In this document: positions 28,625-39,095 of the stretch, one piece after another
How positions within the stretch are numbered: the stretch's first letter is position 1
How the letters are laid out: each line of letters starts with the position of its first letter
Source: Patescibacteria group bacterium
GTDB taxonomy: Bacteria > Patescibacteriota > Minisyncoccia > Phycocordibacterales > UBA9973
Direction of reading: 5' to 3'
Length of the DNA: 64,000 nucleotides
Assembly: GCA_028868715.1 (NCBI GenBank)
Contig: JAGWUB010000002.1
Location: 145,716-209,715 of the forward strand
The notes under the pieces: generated by a model
The model's input: only the letters and a program-made list of their open reading frames with translations
Told to the model about the DNA's origin: nothing
Database searches by the model: none
Translations under genes and position numbers: made by a program

Positions 28625-28800
28625 ACCTAATTAAAATTTGGTGGATTGGCTACATTTCGAGAGAGGGTTTGAACATAAGAGCCGCATAACCCGTTATTCT
28701 TAACCCAATTCAGTCAAATGTAGCCAATCCATGATAGTCAGACATTTCCAGACTCTTCAAAGCAGGAACCCAAGTTATCCCCTAAATGGGTTTATGCCTG
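28625..28800 (-). ncRNA. Candidate structured ncRNA or leader (unclassified)
   Basis: A 15-bp perfect inverted repeat (GGATTGGCTACATTT ... AAATGTAGCCAATCC) closes a ~58-nt internal region. Lies in a 288-bp non-coding gap and is followed on the minus strand by the terminator above. Confidence 0.3.
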
Positions 28801-28847
28801 ACTTATTATTGATATTACGCATATAAATATTTTCGTCAATAGTATAA

Positions 28848-29558
28848 TTATTTACCGTGTCTGCGTTGGCGCAAGCCATACTCGGTAAGTACATTAAAAA
28901 ATTCTTCCTTGCTAAGAGCTGGCCAATAGGTTTTTAAAAAGAAAAGTTCACTGTAGACTCCCTGCCAAGGCAAAAATCCAGACAAACGCATCTCTCCACT
29001 GGTGCGAATTATAATGTCTGGGTCTGGGATACCTTTAGTATAGAGATAGTTTGAAAAATCTTCTTCAGTCATTTGTGCGATCTCCTCTTTGGTTTTATTG
29101 GCGGACAATTTTTTAACTGCGCTTAAAATCTCCGACCTTCCTCCATAAGACATCGCCAGCACCATAGTTTTTTCAAAGTGAGCCGTATCCCTTTCTGCCT
29201 TTTTCATTAACTCTTGAATATCTGCTGAAAAACTAGATCGATCACCGATAACTATTATCCTGACTTGGTTTCGCAGTAGTGACTCATATCCATTTGAAAA
29301 AGCAAAATGAAATAACTCCATGAGGTAATTTACTTCTTCCTGAGCGCGATTCCAGTTCTCGGTTGAGAAAGCATAAAAAATAGCACATTGAATTCCGGCC
29401 TCGTTTGCCCATCGCAAAAATTCTTTCATTTTTTCGTAACCTTTTTTGTGGCCCTCGTAGGTTTGCAATCCTTGTTCTTTGGCCCAGCGTCTGTTGCCAT
29501 CCATAATTACGCCGATGCATTTAGGTATAACTTTTTTTGTATTTTCTTTTTCGTTCAT
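28848..29558 (-). CDS. uppS: Undecaprenyl-diphosphate synthase
   Basis: HIGVIMDGNRRWA motif of cis-prenyltransferases. Confidence 0.9.
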   Translation of the reverse strand: MNEKENTKKVIPKCIGVIMDGNRRWAKEQGLQTYEGHKKGYEKMKEFLRWANEAGIQCAIFYAFSTENWNRAQEEVNYLMELFHFAFSNGYESLLRNQVRIIVIGDRSSFSADIQELMKKAERDTAHFEKTMVLAMSYGGRSEILSAVKKLSANKTKEEIAQMTEEDFSNYLYTKGIPDPDIIIRTSGEMRLSGFLPWQGVYSELFFLKTYWPALSKEEFFNVLTEYGLRQRRHGK

Positions 29559-29572
29559 ATTTTTTTGTTATT

Positions 29573-29869
29573 TTAAAAGTGATCTAAAATTCCGTGATAA
29601 ATAATTTTAAAATCTATGTATCCCCCAGTAGCATTCTGCCATTCTGTTTTTACATCTGTAACGTGAGAAAAAAGTGGACCTTTTTTTAATTTCAATAAAA
29701 ACTCATTAAGTTTTACTTCATCGCCTTCGGCGACTACCCTCACCGTGCCATCAGAAAGATTTTCAACTGTACCATTGAGTGAAAATTTTTTAGCTAGCCT
29801 AGAAGTAAAATCACGAAACAGAACTCCTTGAACTCTTCCAGAAATAATACAAATACATTGTTTGGTCAT
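29573..29869 (-). CDS. acyP: Acylphosphatase
   Basis: GRVQGVLFR signature; about 95 aa. Confidence 0.8.
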   Translation of the reverse strand: MTKQCICIISGRVQGVLFRDFTSRLAKKFSLNGTVENLSDGTVRVVAEGDEVKLNEFLLKLKKGPLFSHVTDVKTEWQNATGGYIDFKIIYHGILDHF

Positions 29870-29874
29870 ATTTG

Positions 29875-29956
29875 TGCGTCGGGAAGGATTCGAACCTTCG
29901 TAGCCCGGAGGCGACAGATTTACAGTCTGTTGTAATTGACCACTCTACCACCGACG
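29875..29956 (-). tRNA. tRNA-Tyr (GTA), long variable arm
   Basis: Acceptor stem GCGTCGG/CCGACGC, anticodon stem-loop ACAGA-CTGTAAA-TCTGT, T-arm GGTTCGAATCC. Confidence 0.85.
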
Positions 29957-30016
29957 CATGCACTCAAAATAACACAAAAAAATCTTTTTTGCATCTTTCA
30001 GTAAAGAAATATTAAC

Positions 30017-32743
30017 CTAAACCTCCGAGCGAGGACGTACTTGTATGGGACTTTTTATTTTACCCGATCTTCCTCCAGCGTTACCTTTTTTACTTTCTAT
30101 TACTAGTTCATCATTTTTGACACTGACAATTACTTTGTCGCCTTTTTTAATCTTGTTGGAAATTATATGCGAAGCGACTGGATTTAAAATTTTATTTTGA
30201 ATCAGACGGTTGAGTGGTCTCGCGCCATAATGTGGATCATAGCCCTCTTTCGCTAAGTAAGAGAAGGCATCATTGGAAATTTCAAACCCAATACCTTTGG
30301 CCGTTAGGCGATCTTGCACCACTTTTACTCGTAATTTTACTATTTCAGCAATTGCCTCGTGTGACAAGACATCAAAAACAATAATCTCATCGAGTCTGTT
30401 TAAGAATTCCGGACGGAAATTGTCTTTCAAGGATTCCATAATTTTTTCCTTCATATTGGTATAATTTTGTTTATCGGAATTATTAGAAAAACCAATGGAT
30501 TCCATTTTCTCCACAAACTGCGAACCGATATTACTAGTCAAGATAATGATAGTATTTTTAAAATTAACTACTCTGCCTTTTCCATCCGTAAGTCGTCCCT
30601 CATCTATGACCTGTAGAAGCATGTTAAAAACCTCGGGATGAGCTTTCTCAATCTCATCGAAAAGTACTACCGCATAAGGTCGGTGACGAACGGCTTCGGT
30701 AAGTTGCCCAGCTTCATCGTAGCCGACATATCCTGGTGGAGAACCAATAAGTTTGGATATTGAGTGTCGTTCCATGTATTCAGACATATCCACGCGGATA
30801 ATTGCCTTATCGTCATTAAACATAAATTGTCCCAAGGTTTTAGTTAGTTCTGTTTTACCTACTCCAGTTGGACCCAAGAAGATAAAGGAGCCGATAGGTC
30901 TATTCGGATCTCCGATACCTGCACGAGAACGTCGTATCACGTCTGCCACACGCTTTATAGCCTCGTCTTGACCGATAACTCTCTTCTTTAATTCTGCCTC
31001 CATCTTTTCAAGCTTGGCGCGTTCCTCTTCTAACATCTTGGTGAGTGGTATACCCGTCCAGCGAGCGACTACTTCGGCAATATCTTCAGCAGTAATTTCT
31101 TCCTTGAGTATTCGACGTGATTTCTGTAATTTTTTTAGTCGTGCAAGTTTTACTTCCAGATCTTTTTTTAGCGCTGGAATCTTGCCATAACGGATTTCGG
31201 CAACCCGAGAAAGGTCGGACTTCATTTCTGCATCTTCGGCCTCGAGACGAATTGTCTCGAGTTCTTTTTTGATTCCTCGAATTTCAACCACAATTGATTT
31301 TTCGTTATTCCATTTTAACTCTAGCTCTTTGGTTTTTTCGTATAGGTTTGCAATTTCTTTATCGACTTCTTTTAGTCTGCCTTTTATTTCTTTTTCCTTT
31401 ACTTTTAGATCTTTATTTTTAGTTCCACTCAAAACCGAGGCTTCTTTTTTGAGAGCTTCTTTTTCAATTTCTAAACGTCGAATTTTCCTATGCGCATCTT
31501 CTAAAACTGGTGGCTTGTTTTCCAGCATTATTTTAAGAGAAGAAGAAGCTTCATCTATCAAGTCCACCGCCTTGTCCGGCAAAAATCTATTAGTGATATA
31601 TCTAGCAGAGAGATTGACCGCGGAGATTATGGCATCGTCGGTAATACGAACACCATGAAAGAGTTCATATCTTTCTTTTAATCCCCGAAGTATAGTAATG
31701 GCATCTTCTACAGAAGGTTCATCTATATACACTGGTTGAAAACGTCGAGCTAAGGCCGGATCTTTTTCAATGTGTTTTTGATACTCACGAAGAGTCGTCG
31801 CACCGATGGCTCGTAATTCTCCACGCGACAGTACTGGCTTTAGCATATTAGAAGCATCCATCGTGCCTTCTGCTCCACCTGCACCGACGATAGTGTGGAT
31901 CTCATCAATAAAAAGAATTACTTTTCCATCAGAGCGTTCTATCTCCTTCATAATACCTTTTAACCGCTCTTCAAACTCTCCGCGATATTTTGTACCAGCA
32001 ACCAATAAGCCTAAATCGAGCGAGACTAGTTCTTTATCTTTGAGTGATTCTGGAACATTTCCTTTTACGATGCGTTCTGCTAGCCCTTCCACTACAGCTG
32101 TCTTTCCGGTGCCAGCCTCACCGATTAATATCGGATTGTTTTTTGTTCTCCTTGAGAGTATCTGCATAATGCGCAATATTTCATTGTCTCGACCAATAAC
32201 AGGATCGAGCTTGTCTTCTTTGGCTAGTTTGGTTAAATTGCGAGTATATTTTAAAATTAATTTAAATTTCCTTGGCTCCCCTACGTCGGTGATATTTTGT
32301 CTACGAAGTTCTTCTAAAACTTTTAGAACAGAATCTTTGTGAATTCTAAATCGAGCCAATGTCTCTCGTGCCTCACTGGCAACTTCGAGAATAGCTATAA
32401 AAAGATGCTCAGTAGAGACAAAGTCATCCTTCATGTATTCGGCCAGCTTGGCTGATTGCTCTATCACCTGAGCTAGGTCTGGATTGAGGTAAATCTGATA
32501 GGCCGGTGAAATAGTGCTGTGAGATTCTGGTAATTCAATCAATTCTAAAACGGAATCAGTCAAAAGCATTGTATCTATCTCCAATTTATCTAAAATAGAA
32601 TTCACCATACTCTCCTCGGCAAGCAGTAGCGCTGCGAGTAGGTGCAGTGAAGAAACGTGGTTAACTCCACGCTCGATTGCCAGCTCGTGAGCTTTCTTTA
32701 TGGCATCCTTGGCTTTAGTTGTAAATTTATTTAATGGTGGCAT
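30017..32743 (-). CDS. clpB: Chaperone ClpB (AAA+ disaggregase)
   Basis: Clp N-domain, two AAA+ modules ([16 protein letters not shown]), a long coiled-coil M-domain, and an extra C-terminal tail. Confidence 0.9.
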   Translation of the reverse strand: MPPLNKFTTKAKDAIKKAHELAIERGVNHVSSLHLLAALLLAEESMVNSILDKLEIDTMLLTDSVLELIELPESHSTISPAYQIYLNPDLAQVIEQSAKLAEYMKDDFVSTEHLFIAILEVASEARETLARFRIHKDSVLKVLEELRRQNITDVGEPRKFKLILKYTRNLTKLAKEDKLDPVIGRDNEILRIMQILSRRTKNNPILIGEAGTGKTAVVEGLAERIVKGNVPESLKDKELVSLDLGLLVAGTKYRGEFEERLKGIMKEIERSDGKVILFIDEIHTIVGAGGAEGTMDASNMLKPVLSRGELRAIGATTLREYQKHIEKDPALARRFQPVYIDEPSVEDAITILRGLKERYELFHGVRITDDAIISAVNLSARYITNRFLPDKAVDLIDEASSSLKIMLENKPPVLEDAHRKIRRLEIEKEALKKEASVLSGTKNKDLKVKEKEIKGRLKEVDKEIANLYEKTKELELKWNNEKSIVVEIRGIKKELETIRLEAEDAEMKSDLSRVAEIRYGKIPALKKDLEVKLARLKKLQKSRRILKEEITAEDIAEVVARWTGIPLTKMLEEERAKLEKMEAELKKRVIGQDEAIKRVADVIRRSRAGIGDPNRPIGSFIFLGPTGVGKTELTKTLGQFMFNDDKAIIRVDMSEYMERHSISKLIGSPPGYVGYDEAGQLTEAVRHRPYAVVLFDEIEKAHPEVFNMLLQVIDEGRLTDGKGRVVNFKNTIIILTSNIGSQFVEKMESIGFSNNSDKQNYTNMKEKIMESLKDNFRPEFLNRLDEIIVFDVLSHEAIAEIVKLRVKVVQDRLTAKGIGFEISNDAFSYLAKEGYDPHYGARPLNRLIQNKILNPVASHIISNKIKKGDKVIVSVKNDELVIESKKGNAGGRSGKIKSPIQVRPRSEV

Positions 32744-32791
32744 ATATTTATTTTTGTTCTATCTCTCCTATTATACACTAGCTGTCAAGGC

Positions 32792-33325
32792 TTACTGTGT
32801 TACAGGAGTAGTTCCTGTTGGTGGAACAGTAGTGCCAGTCGTAGGAGCAACTGGTGGTATGTCAGTTTTAACAAGTTCAATGATGGTGAAATCTTTTTCT
32901 TGTGTGACTTTTGAAACTTTCTGTTCGCCTAAAACAGATTTTACTACATATGTTTCGCCAGCCTGTGGTGCTGGTATCAGAGACGCTATTACTACCTTAT
33001 TGTCTCCAAGGAAAAGCCCAGTGCCGAGAGTTTTATCCTGATCCGCTGTAGCTCCTTTTAAAATCAAAGTTACCTGTAGAGGTTTGATTGCTTTTAGATC
33101 TTCAAGCAATTTGGTCTGGTCAGCAGACAGAGCCGGAGTGTTTACTTGGGTTGGTGCAATTTGACCTACAGTCTCGCGAACAATGCGAGTAATGGGCACC
33201 GTAACAGATGACGGTGCTTGCTGCATTAATGTTACAGTAGTTATCCCAGTAGCAATAGACGTCACGAAACTCAAAAGTACCGCCAGTAATATAAGCTGTG
33301 ATTTATTTAATTCTTTTAGATCCAT
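32792..33325 (-). CDS. Hypothetical membrane-anchored secreted protein with a Thr/Pro-rich C-terminus
   Basis: N-terminal TM helix; no recognisable family. Confidence 0.4.
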   Translation of the reverse strand: MDLKELNKSQLILLAVLLSFVTSIATGITTVTLMQQAPSSVTVPITRIVRETVGQIAPTQVNTPALSADQTKLLEDLKAIKPLQVTLILKGATADQDKTLGTGLFLGDNKVVIASLIPAPQAGETYVVKSVLGEQKVSKVTQEKDFTIIELVKTDIPPVAPTTGTTVPPTGTTPVTQ

Positions 33326-33328
33326 AGG

Positions 33329-34462
33329 TCAATTATACCACTTTTTTAATTTAAACAAAATTTGAGAAAAAGCTTTTAAAGTATAGTCGATGTCAGCCTT
33401 GGTTGTATCTCTGCCTAGAGAAAAACGTAATGATCCATCTGTTTCCTTGATATCTTTGTTTATAGCTTTTATGACGTGGGAGGCTTTACCATCCCCACTC
33501 TTGCAGGCACTTTTCGCTGAAGCCATTATACCCAGTGCTGACAATTCAATCACCAAAAGGTCACTCGGTATGTTTGGAATAGTTATATTAATGTTATTTG
33601 GCAATCTGTGGTTCAAATCGCCATTCCTCACAATTTTAAATGGAATCTTTGATAATTTTGTAAAAAAATAATCTCGCAGTTTTTTCAAACGTAAGACTTC
33701 TTTGTCTTTTATTTTTTGTGTCAATTTCAAAGCTTTAGAAAATTTAACTATCGCTTCTAGGTTTTCTGTCCCTGGACGCAAGCCCATTTCTTGATCCCCG
33801 CCATAAAACAAGCTTACGAGTGGTACAGACTTTTTTTTATAAAGTACCCCTACCCTGCCAGCGCCCAAAATCTTTGAACCAGAAATTGTCAGCATATCTA
33901 CTCCAAGCTTTTCGACATTGAGATCTAAATAATTCACTGCCTGTACGGCATCAGTGTGAAAAAAAATATTATTGATTTTGTTTTGCTTTTTGTAGTGTCG
34001 AATCTCTTTTGCAATTTCTTTTATCGGCTGAATTGTGCCAATTTCATTATTTGCATACATGACTGAAATTAGTACCGTATTTTTCTTTATGGCTTTTTTT
34101 ATTTTTTTAGGATCAACTATCCCTGTGGCTTCTACTTCTACTATTGATATTTGAGCAAGTTTTCTTTTTTCTAGCATCTGGAAAGTTTCTATAACCGAGG
34201 CATGTTCAATATTAGTGGTGATGATATGTGGCAACCCTTTTTCCTTGGAGGACAAAACCACACCTTGAATTGCAAGATTATTACTTTCTGTGCCACCACT
34301 GGTAAAAATTATTTCACTTGCTCGAGCACCTAAAATATTTGCGGTTTCAACCCGTGCCTTTTCCAGTTTTTTCTTGGCCTCTACCCCAAATTCATGAATA
34401 GAGCTTGGGTTTGGAGAAACGCTAGCAGCGTAATCTAGATATATTTTATTTGATTTGGGCAT
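33329..34462 (-). CDS. Cysteine desulfurase (NifS/IscS family)
   Basis: Class V aminotransferase fold with YLDYAAS...TSGGTESNN...SGSKILG (PLP-binding lysine). Confidence 0.85.
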   Translation of the reverse strand: MPKSNKIYLDYAASVSPNPSSIHEFGVEAKKKLEKARVETANILGARASEIIFTSGGTESNNLAIQGVVLSSKEKGLPHIITTNIEHASVIETFQMLEKRKLAQISIVEVEATGIVDPKKIKKAIKKNTVLISVMYANNEIGTIQPIKEIAKEIRHYKKQNKINNIFFHTDAVQAVNYLDLNVEKLGVDMLTISGSKILGAGRVGVLYKKKSVPLVSLFYGGDQEMGLRPGTENLEAIVKFSKALKLTQKIKDKEVLRLKKLRDYFFTKLSKIPFKIVRNGDLNHRLPNNINITIPNIPSDLLVIELSALGIMASAKSACKSGDGKASHVIKAINKDIKETDGSLRFSLGRDTTKADIDYTLKAFSQILFKLKKWYN

Positions 34463-34486
34463 AAAAATAGTATATATTGAAAAGAT

Positions 34487-34942
34487 ATGAATATAAAGCT
34501 CGAGATCGCTTTTTTTGTTTTAATTGGAATTGTCATTGTCTTGGCAGCTATTTGGATTTTTGTTACTGAAAAACGTTTGAAACGATTTTTTATCGGCAAA
34601 AAAGCAAAAGATTTGGAAGACACCATCATTTCCCTAGAAAATGATATCGTTCAATTAAAAAAAGCAAAAGAAAATGCCGAAAAAGATATTGCCACAATAA
34701 ATTCAAAACTCAGAAAAAGTATTCGCGGACTTGAGACAGTGCGCTTCAATCCTTTTCGAGATCAAGGTAGCAACCAAAGCTTTGCTATCGGTATGCTAAA
34801 CGAAGAAGGAGACGGTGTGGTATTTTCAAGCCTATACTCTCGTGAGCGAATGAGTATCTTTGCCAAGCCGATAAAAAATAATAAATCAGAATACGAACTC
34901 ACTGCAGAAGAGAAAGAAGTGCTCCAAAAAGCTAAAGTCTAA
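34487..34942 (+). CDS. DUF4446-family protein
   Basis: N-terminal TM helix, coiled coil, and conserved VRFNPFRDQGSNQSFAIGMLNEEGDGVVFSSLYSRER block. Confidence 0.6.
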   Translation: MNIKLEIAFFVLIGIVIVLAAIWIFVTEKRLKRFFIGKKAKDLEDTIISLENDIVQLKKAKENAEKDIATINSKLRKSIRGLETVRFNPFRDQGSNQSFAIGMLNEEGDGVVFSSLYSRERMSIFAKPIKNNKSEYELTAEEKEVLQKAKV

Positions 34943-34949
34943 ATTTAAT

Positions 34950-36482
34950 ATGGAAGAAAAAAATCAAAAACAAAATAGTGTAGTGCGTGCGCCTGTGGTA
35001 GTAATTATGGGTCATATTGACCATGGTAAATCTACCTTGCTGGACTACATTAGAAAAACAAACGTTGTCGATGGTGAGACTGGCGGTATAACTCAAAGAA
35101 TTTCTGCTTATGAAGTTTTGCACAAAGATGAAGCGGGTGTAGAGAAAAAAATTACTTTTCTAGACACACCGGGACATGAAGCTTTTTCAAAAATGCGAGA
35201 ACGGGGCGCCCAGATTGCTGATATTGCTATTTTAGTGGTTTCAGCTGAGGATGGAGTAAAACCACAAACAATTGAGGCTTGGAAAACAATAAATGAAAGC
35301 GGGCTACCATGCATCGTCGCCATAAATAAAATAGATAAACCTGGAGCTAATATTGAAAAAACAAAAACAGAACTAGCCGAAAATGAAATTTACCTTGAAA
35401 ACTATGGAGGCAAAATTCCATATGCAGAAATTTCAGCGAAGGCTGGTACTGGCGTAGACTCTCTATTGTCACTTATTTTGATTCTAGCTGAAATGGAAAA
35501 CTTTACCGGAGTGATGGCTGAAAATGCTTCTGGTTTTGTCCTTGAAGCAAATTTGGATTCAAAACGTGGAATAGAAGCGACTCTGCTTATAAAAAATGGT
35601 TGTCTGAAAAGTGGGATGACAGTGGTGGTGGAAGATTCTATTTGCTCCACGCGAATCATGGAGAATTTTAAGGGCGCAATGATCAAGGAAGCTACTATTT
35701 CTTCCCCTGTCCGTATTGTGGGTTTTGATAAAATGCCGAGAGTAGGAGCCGAGTTCAAAACCTTTGATAAAAAATCAGATGCGGAAAAATTTGCCAAGGA
35801 ATGGAAATTAAAAAATGTAGAAAAAAGCCAAGAAAAAAGCCAAAGCTCAGCTGAAAATCTAGATAAGAAAATAATTCCTATAATGCTAAAAGCTGACGTT
35901 GCTGGATCTTTGGAAGCTATTGAAAAGGAAATAGCAAAAATAAAATGTAAGGAAGAAATACAAAATGCAGAATTTAAAATAATCAGTAAGGGTGTAGGCG
36001 CTATTACCCTATCTGATATAAAAAGTTTATCTACTAATGGAGATATACTTATTGTTGGATTTAATGTTAAGGCAGATAAAAGCGCTATAGAAGAAGCAGA
36101 GAGAAGGGGTGTAGTAATTTCTCAATTTGAAATAATTTATAAGCTGACAGAATGGCTCGAAGAACAAATGGAGATTTTAAGACCAAAGATTGAGACAGTT
36201 GAAACTACTGGCCGAGCCAAAATAATCCGGGCTTTCAGTCGCACCAAGGAAAGACAAATTGTAGGTGGTAAAGTTACGACCGGGCAAATCAACTTGAATA
36301 GTACGGTCAAAATAATGCGTCGCGAATTTGAAATTGGAAAAGGTAAAATCGTAAACTTAGAAAAGGGTAAAGTAAAGACAAGTACTGCTTTGGAAGGAGA
36401 GGAATTTGGTATGATGATAGAATCAAAAATAGAAATTGCGGCTGGAGATGTATTGGAATCTTTTTCAATTATAAAAAAGTAA
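34950..36482 (+). CDS. infB: Translation initiation factor IF-2 (short form lacking the N-terminal region)
   Basis: G-domain GHIDHGKSTLLD, DTPGHEAF, NKID; C-terminal beta-barrel domains. Confidence 0.9.
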   Translation: MEEKNQKQNSVVRAPVVVIMGHIDHGKSTLLDYIRKTNVVDGETGGITQRISAYEVLHKDEAGVEKKITFLDTPGHEAFSKMRERGAQIADIAILVVSAEDGVKPQTIEAWKTINESGLPCIVAINKIDKPGANIEKTKTELAENEIYLENYGGKIPYAEISAKAGTGVDSLLSLILILAEMENFTGVMAENASGFVLEANLDSKRGIEATLLIKNGCLKSGMTVVVEDSICSTRIMENFKGAMIKEATISSPVRIVGFDKMPRVGAEFKTFDKKSDAEKFAKEWKLKNVEKSQEKSQSSAENLDKKIIPIMLKADVAGSLEAIEKEIAKIKCKEEIQNAEFKIISKGVGAITLSDIKSLSTNGDILIVGFNVKADKSAIEEAERRGVVISQFEIIYKLTEWLEEQMEILRPKIETVETTGRAKIIRAFSRTKERQIVGGKVTTGQINLNSTVKIMRREFEIGKGKIVNLEKGKVKTSTALEGEEFGMMIESKIEIAAGDVLESFSIIKK

Positions 36483-36802
36483 TGGAAAGGAACGAAAAGA
36501 TAGCAAATAGAATAAAGGAACTGGCTGCAGAGTTTTTGGTACGTGAAGGTAACAGAACTTCATTAATCAATGTCATCTCTGCCACTTGCTCCCCTGATAT
36601 GAAACGCGCAACTATCTATATCACAGTACTTCCAATAGACAAGGAAAAAACCGCGCTAGAGTTTGCCAAGAGAAAAAGAGCAGAGCTCCGTCAATTTTTA
36701 AAAAAAAATATGCCAATAAAAATTATTCCTTTTATTGATATTGCCATAGACCTCGGAGAAAAAAACCGCCAAAAAATTGACGAATTGTTACGAAATGGTT
36801 AG
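36482..36802 (+). CDS. rbfA: Ribosome-binding factor A
   Basis: RbfA KH-like signature; located directly after infB. Confidence 0.8.
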   Translation: MERNEKIANRIKELAAEFLVREGNRTSLINVISATCSPDMKRATIYITVLPIDKEKTALEFAKRKRAELRQFLKKNMPIKIIPFIDIAIDLGEKNRQKIDELLRNG

Positions 36803-36814
36803 ACTGCTTCGAAA

Positions 36815-36886
36815 GGCCTGGTAGCCAAGTAGTAAGGCATTCCTCTGCAAAAGGAATATACGTGGGTGCGATTCCCACCCAGGCCT
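36815..36886 (+). tRNA. tRNA-Cys (GCA)
   Basis: Acceptor stem GGCCTGG/CCAGGCC, anticodon loop CTGCAAA. Confidence 0.8.
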
Positions 36887-36923
36887 CACTAAAATATGTT
36901 AGAATATTTTAGAATAAATAATT

Positions 36924-37005
36924 GCCCGAGTGGCGGAACTGGTATACGCGCACGACTTAAAATCGTGTCTCGCAAGGGATGTGGGTTCGATTCCCACCTC
37001 GGGCA
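36924..37005 (+). tRNA. tRNA-Leu (TAA)
   Basis: Acceptor stem GCCCGAG/CTCGGGC, anticodon loop CTTAAAA, long variable arm, T-arm GGTTCGATTCC. Confidence 0.85.
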
Positions 37006-37032
37006 CAGGGGTTAATTGAAATTTTTATATAT

Positions 37033-37105
37033 GCGCCCATAACTCAGCTGGTAGAGTAGCTCCCTCTTAAGGAGAATGTCCCAGGTTCGATCCCTGGTGG
37101 GCGCA
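37033..37105 (+). tRNA. tRNA-Lys (CTT)
   Basis: Acceptor stem GCGCCCA/TGGGCGC, anticodon loop CTCTTAA, T-arm GGTTCGATCC. Confidence 0.75.
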
Positions 37106-37134
37106 CACAATATGCTAAAGCATATTTTATGTTT

Positions 37135-37216
37135 GCCGGGATGGCGGAATTGGTATACGCGCTAGTCTTAGGAACTAGTGGGGCAACCCTTGGGAGTTCG
37201 AGTCTCCCTCCCGGCA
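37135..37216 (+). tRNA. tRNA-Leu (TAG)
   Basis: Acceptor stem GCCGGGA/TCCCGGC, anticodon stem-loop CTAGT-CTTAGGA-ACTAG, long variable arm. Confidence 0.85.
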
Positions 37217-37254
37217 CACTTGACTTTTGCTTATAGATATGCTATGCTATAAGC

Positions 37255-37926
37255 ATGTTTAAAACAAATAATAAAAGAATAATATCGGGTATAATTTTTG
37301 GCTTAGGAATATTGGCTGTTTTAGCTTTTGCGCCAATCAAAGTAGATGCTCAATACTATTACAATGATGGATATGCTCATTTGGATCAACTAGCAAACCC
37401 AACTCCATTTATTTCTTCAGCGACTCAGACTTCAAGCAATAACGGAACTGTAATTATAAAAGGGTATGGCTTCATTCCAAGCTCAAGAGCAAAGTTAAAT
37501 GGTGTTGACTCCCCTACTACTTTCATAGACTCTTCTCATCTTTTAGTGAGATTAAATACTGGCAACTTATCTGGCAATGATCCTATGTATATTTCTGTCA
37601 TGAACGGAGAGCCAGGTGGAGGATATTCTAATGCGATTTTACTTAATAATCCTACTATGGTTACTAACACAAACACCTACAATAGCAACAGTACTTCTAC
37701 TACAAATAACTCTGCGAACAATTCTTATTCAGGAAACACAAACAACACCACCGGAAGCGTTAGTGCTCTCGCATCCAATGCCATCTTCGGAGGAAATAGC
37801 TTGGTGCCTTCAGGATTAATAGAGTGGGTCCTATTCGGAATAGTAATTTTGCTTATAATAATAATTGTTAGAAAATTCACCGGAGCTAGTGATCGCTATC
37901 ACAATTCCCCATTAAAACATTCTTAA
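37255..37926 (+). CDS. Secreted surface protein with an Asn/Ser/Thr-rich region and a C-terminal TM anchor
   Basis: Signal peptide, low-complexity N/S/T tract, C-terminal hydrophobic anchor. Confidence 0.45.
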   Translation: MFKTNNKRIISGIIFGLGILAVLAFAPIKVDAQYYYNDGYAHLDQLANPTPFISSATQTSSNNGTVIIKGYGFIPSSRAKLNGVDSPTTFIDSSHLLVRLNTGNLSGNDPMYISVMNGEPGGGYSNAILLNNPTMVTNTNTYNSNSTSTTNNSANNSYSGNTNNTTGSVSALASNAIFGGNSLVPSGLIEWVLFGIVILLIIIIVRKFTGASDRYHNSPLKHS

Positions 37927-37960
37927 ATAAAAAAATCCCCAACGCTGGGGATTTTTTTAT
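37927..37960. terminator. Bidirectional rho-independent terminator
   Basis: ATCCCCA-ACGC-TGGGGAT flanked by A8 and T7. Confidence 0.55.
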
Positions 37961-38868
37961 TTAAGCAAAACCATCTTTGATTTCCAGAAAAAGAAACCAA
38001 TTATTATAAGCGTCATCAGCGGAGATATGTATTCAGGTATATTAAAGCTAAAGCTGTGCAAGATCATAATAACACCAAGCACTAGAATAGAATACATCGC
38101 TCCATTTTTTAAATAAACATATTTTTTAATTCTCTCTATGTTGCTGATTGTGAGCTGTCGCACCAACAAAGCTCCAAGTCCGTTTCCGATTAAAATGAGG
38201 GGCACAGACAAAGTAAACGCAAAAGCTCCGAGCACACCATCGAGGGAAAATGTAGAATCAATTATTTCCAAAAATAAAAGTTTGCTCAAGTCTGAGTGAG
38301 CGGAACCAAGTAATTTCTTTTCTTGTTCTTCGGCATTTTGTTTGAAACCATGAGTAATAAAAAACAAGCTTGACCCGACTACTGCCCCGAGAGCCATCAA
38401 ATTATTTTGTTTAAGCGCAAACCAAGTAATCACAGCTAGGATTATAGAAACGATGGCATAAAACCAAACTCCCTGCTTCATAAAGAATTTCTCTGATCTT
38501 GGTAGACCAAGTTTTTTGTCTTCCAAGAAAAGCCAGTGTAAAAATAAAAATAAGAGAAAGACTCCACCAGCAATCAACAGTATTGGAGCTGATTTTTCTA
38601 TAGATTGGTGAACTAATGGATCGGAAGACCAAGCAGCAGATAAAACCTGCATTGCTGTAAGTTTGATATTAAAAGCCCAGATTATTCCGAAGGGCAAAGC
38701 TCCACGAATGAGAAATACAGCAATAAGCATTCCCCATGTCAGAAACCACCGTTTGGCACGTTTACTCATCGTGGACAGCACTTCAGCGTTGATAATAGCG
38801 TTATCAACTGAAGAAACAGTCTCAAAAAGCGAAAGGCCAATGATGATAAATATGGCAGAAAATGACAT
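37957..38868 (-). CDS. TerC/DUF475-like integral membrane protein
   Basis: ETVSSVDNAII motif near the N-terminus; polytopic. Confidence 0.5.
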   Translation of the reverse strand: MSFSAIFIIIGLSLFETVSSVDNAIINAEVLSTMSKRAKRWFLTWGMLIAVFLIRGALPFGIIWAFNIKLTAMQVLSAAWSSDPLVHQSIEKSAPILLIAGGVFLLFLFLHWLFLEDKKLGLPRSEKFFMKQGVWFYAIVSIILAVITWFALKQNNLMALGAVVGSSLFFITHGFKQNAEEQEKKLLGSAHSDLSKLLFLEIIDSTFSLDGVLGAFAFTLSVPLILIGNGLGALLVRQLTISNIERIKKYVYLKNGAMYSILVLGVIMILHSFSFNIPEYISPLMTLIIIGFFFWKSKMVLLK

Positions 38869-38957
38869 ACTTTAATTTTACCTTATGGTTATATTTTTGG
38901 CAAAATAAAATACAAAATTACCCTTATTTTATAATAATAAATGGCCCTGGTTCGGGG

Positions 38958-38986
38958 TTGACTTTTTAGTGTTTCTATGATACAAT
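38958..38986 (+). promoter_or_regulatory. Sigma70 promoter TTGACT-17-TACAAT for the SPFH operon
   Basis: Consensus-like hexamers. The ~105-nt leader holds several short hairpins and ends with a GAGGAG Shine-Dalgarno 5 nt before the ATG. Confidence 0.45.
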
Positions 38987-39095
38987 ACTTGCAAATAGGG
39001 TAACGCTACCCTTTCTTTGAAAAAAGAATAGAATCCGCCCCGCGCCTAGCGGGCGCTAAACAAAATAGCGCTCATAGGTAGCGCGAGGAGAAATT

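Noticed and set aside
28640-28730. The 15-bp terminal inverted repeats interpreted as a MITE or IS remnant
   Set aside because: No target-site duplication flanks the repeats and there is no transposase. An RNA hairpin with an adjacent terminator is the more parsimonious reading.
28560-28847. tmRNA, RNase P RNA, SRP RNA or 6S RNA in the uppS-typA gap
   Set aside because: No tRNA-like 3' end or T-arm, no tag reading frame, no P4 GGAAAGUCCGG-type core, no SRP domain-IV motifs, and the gap is too short for RNase P. Kept only as an unclassified ncRNA candidate.
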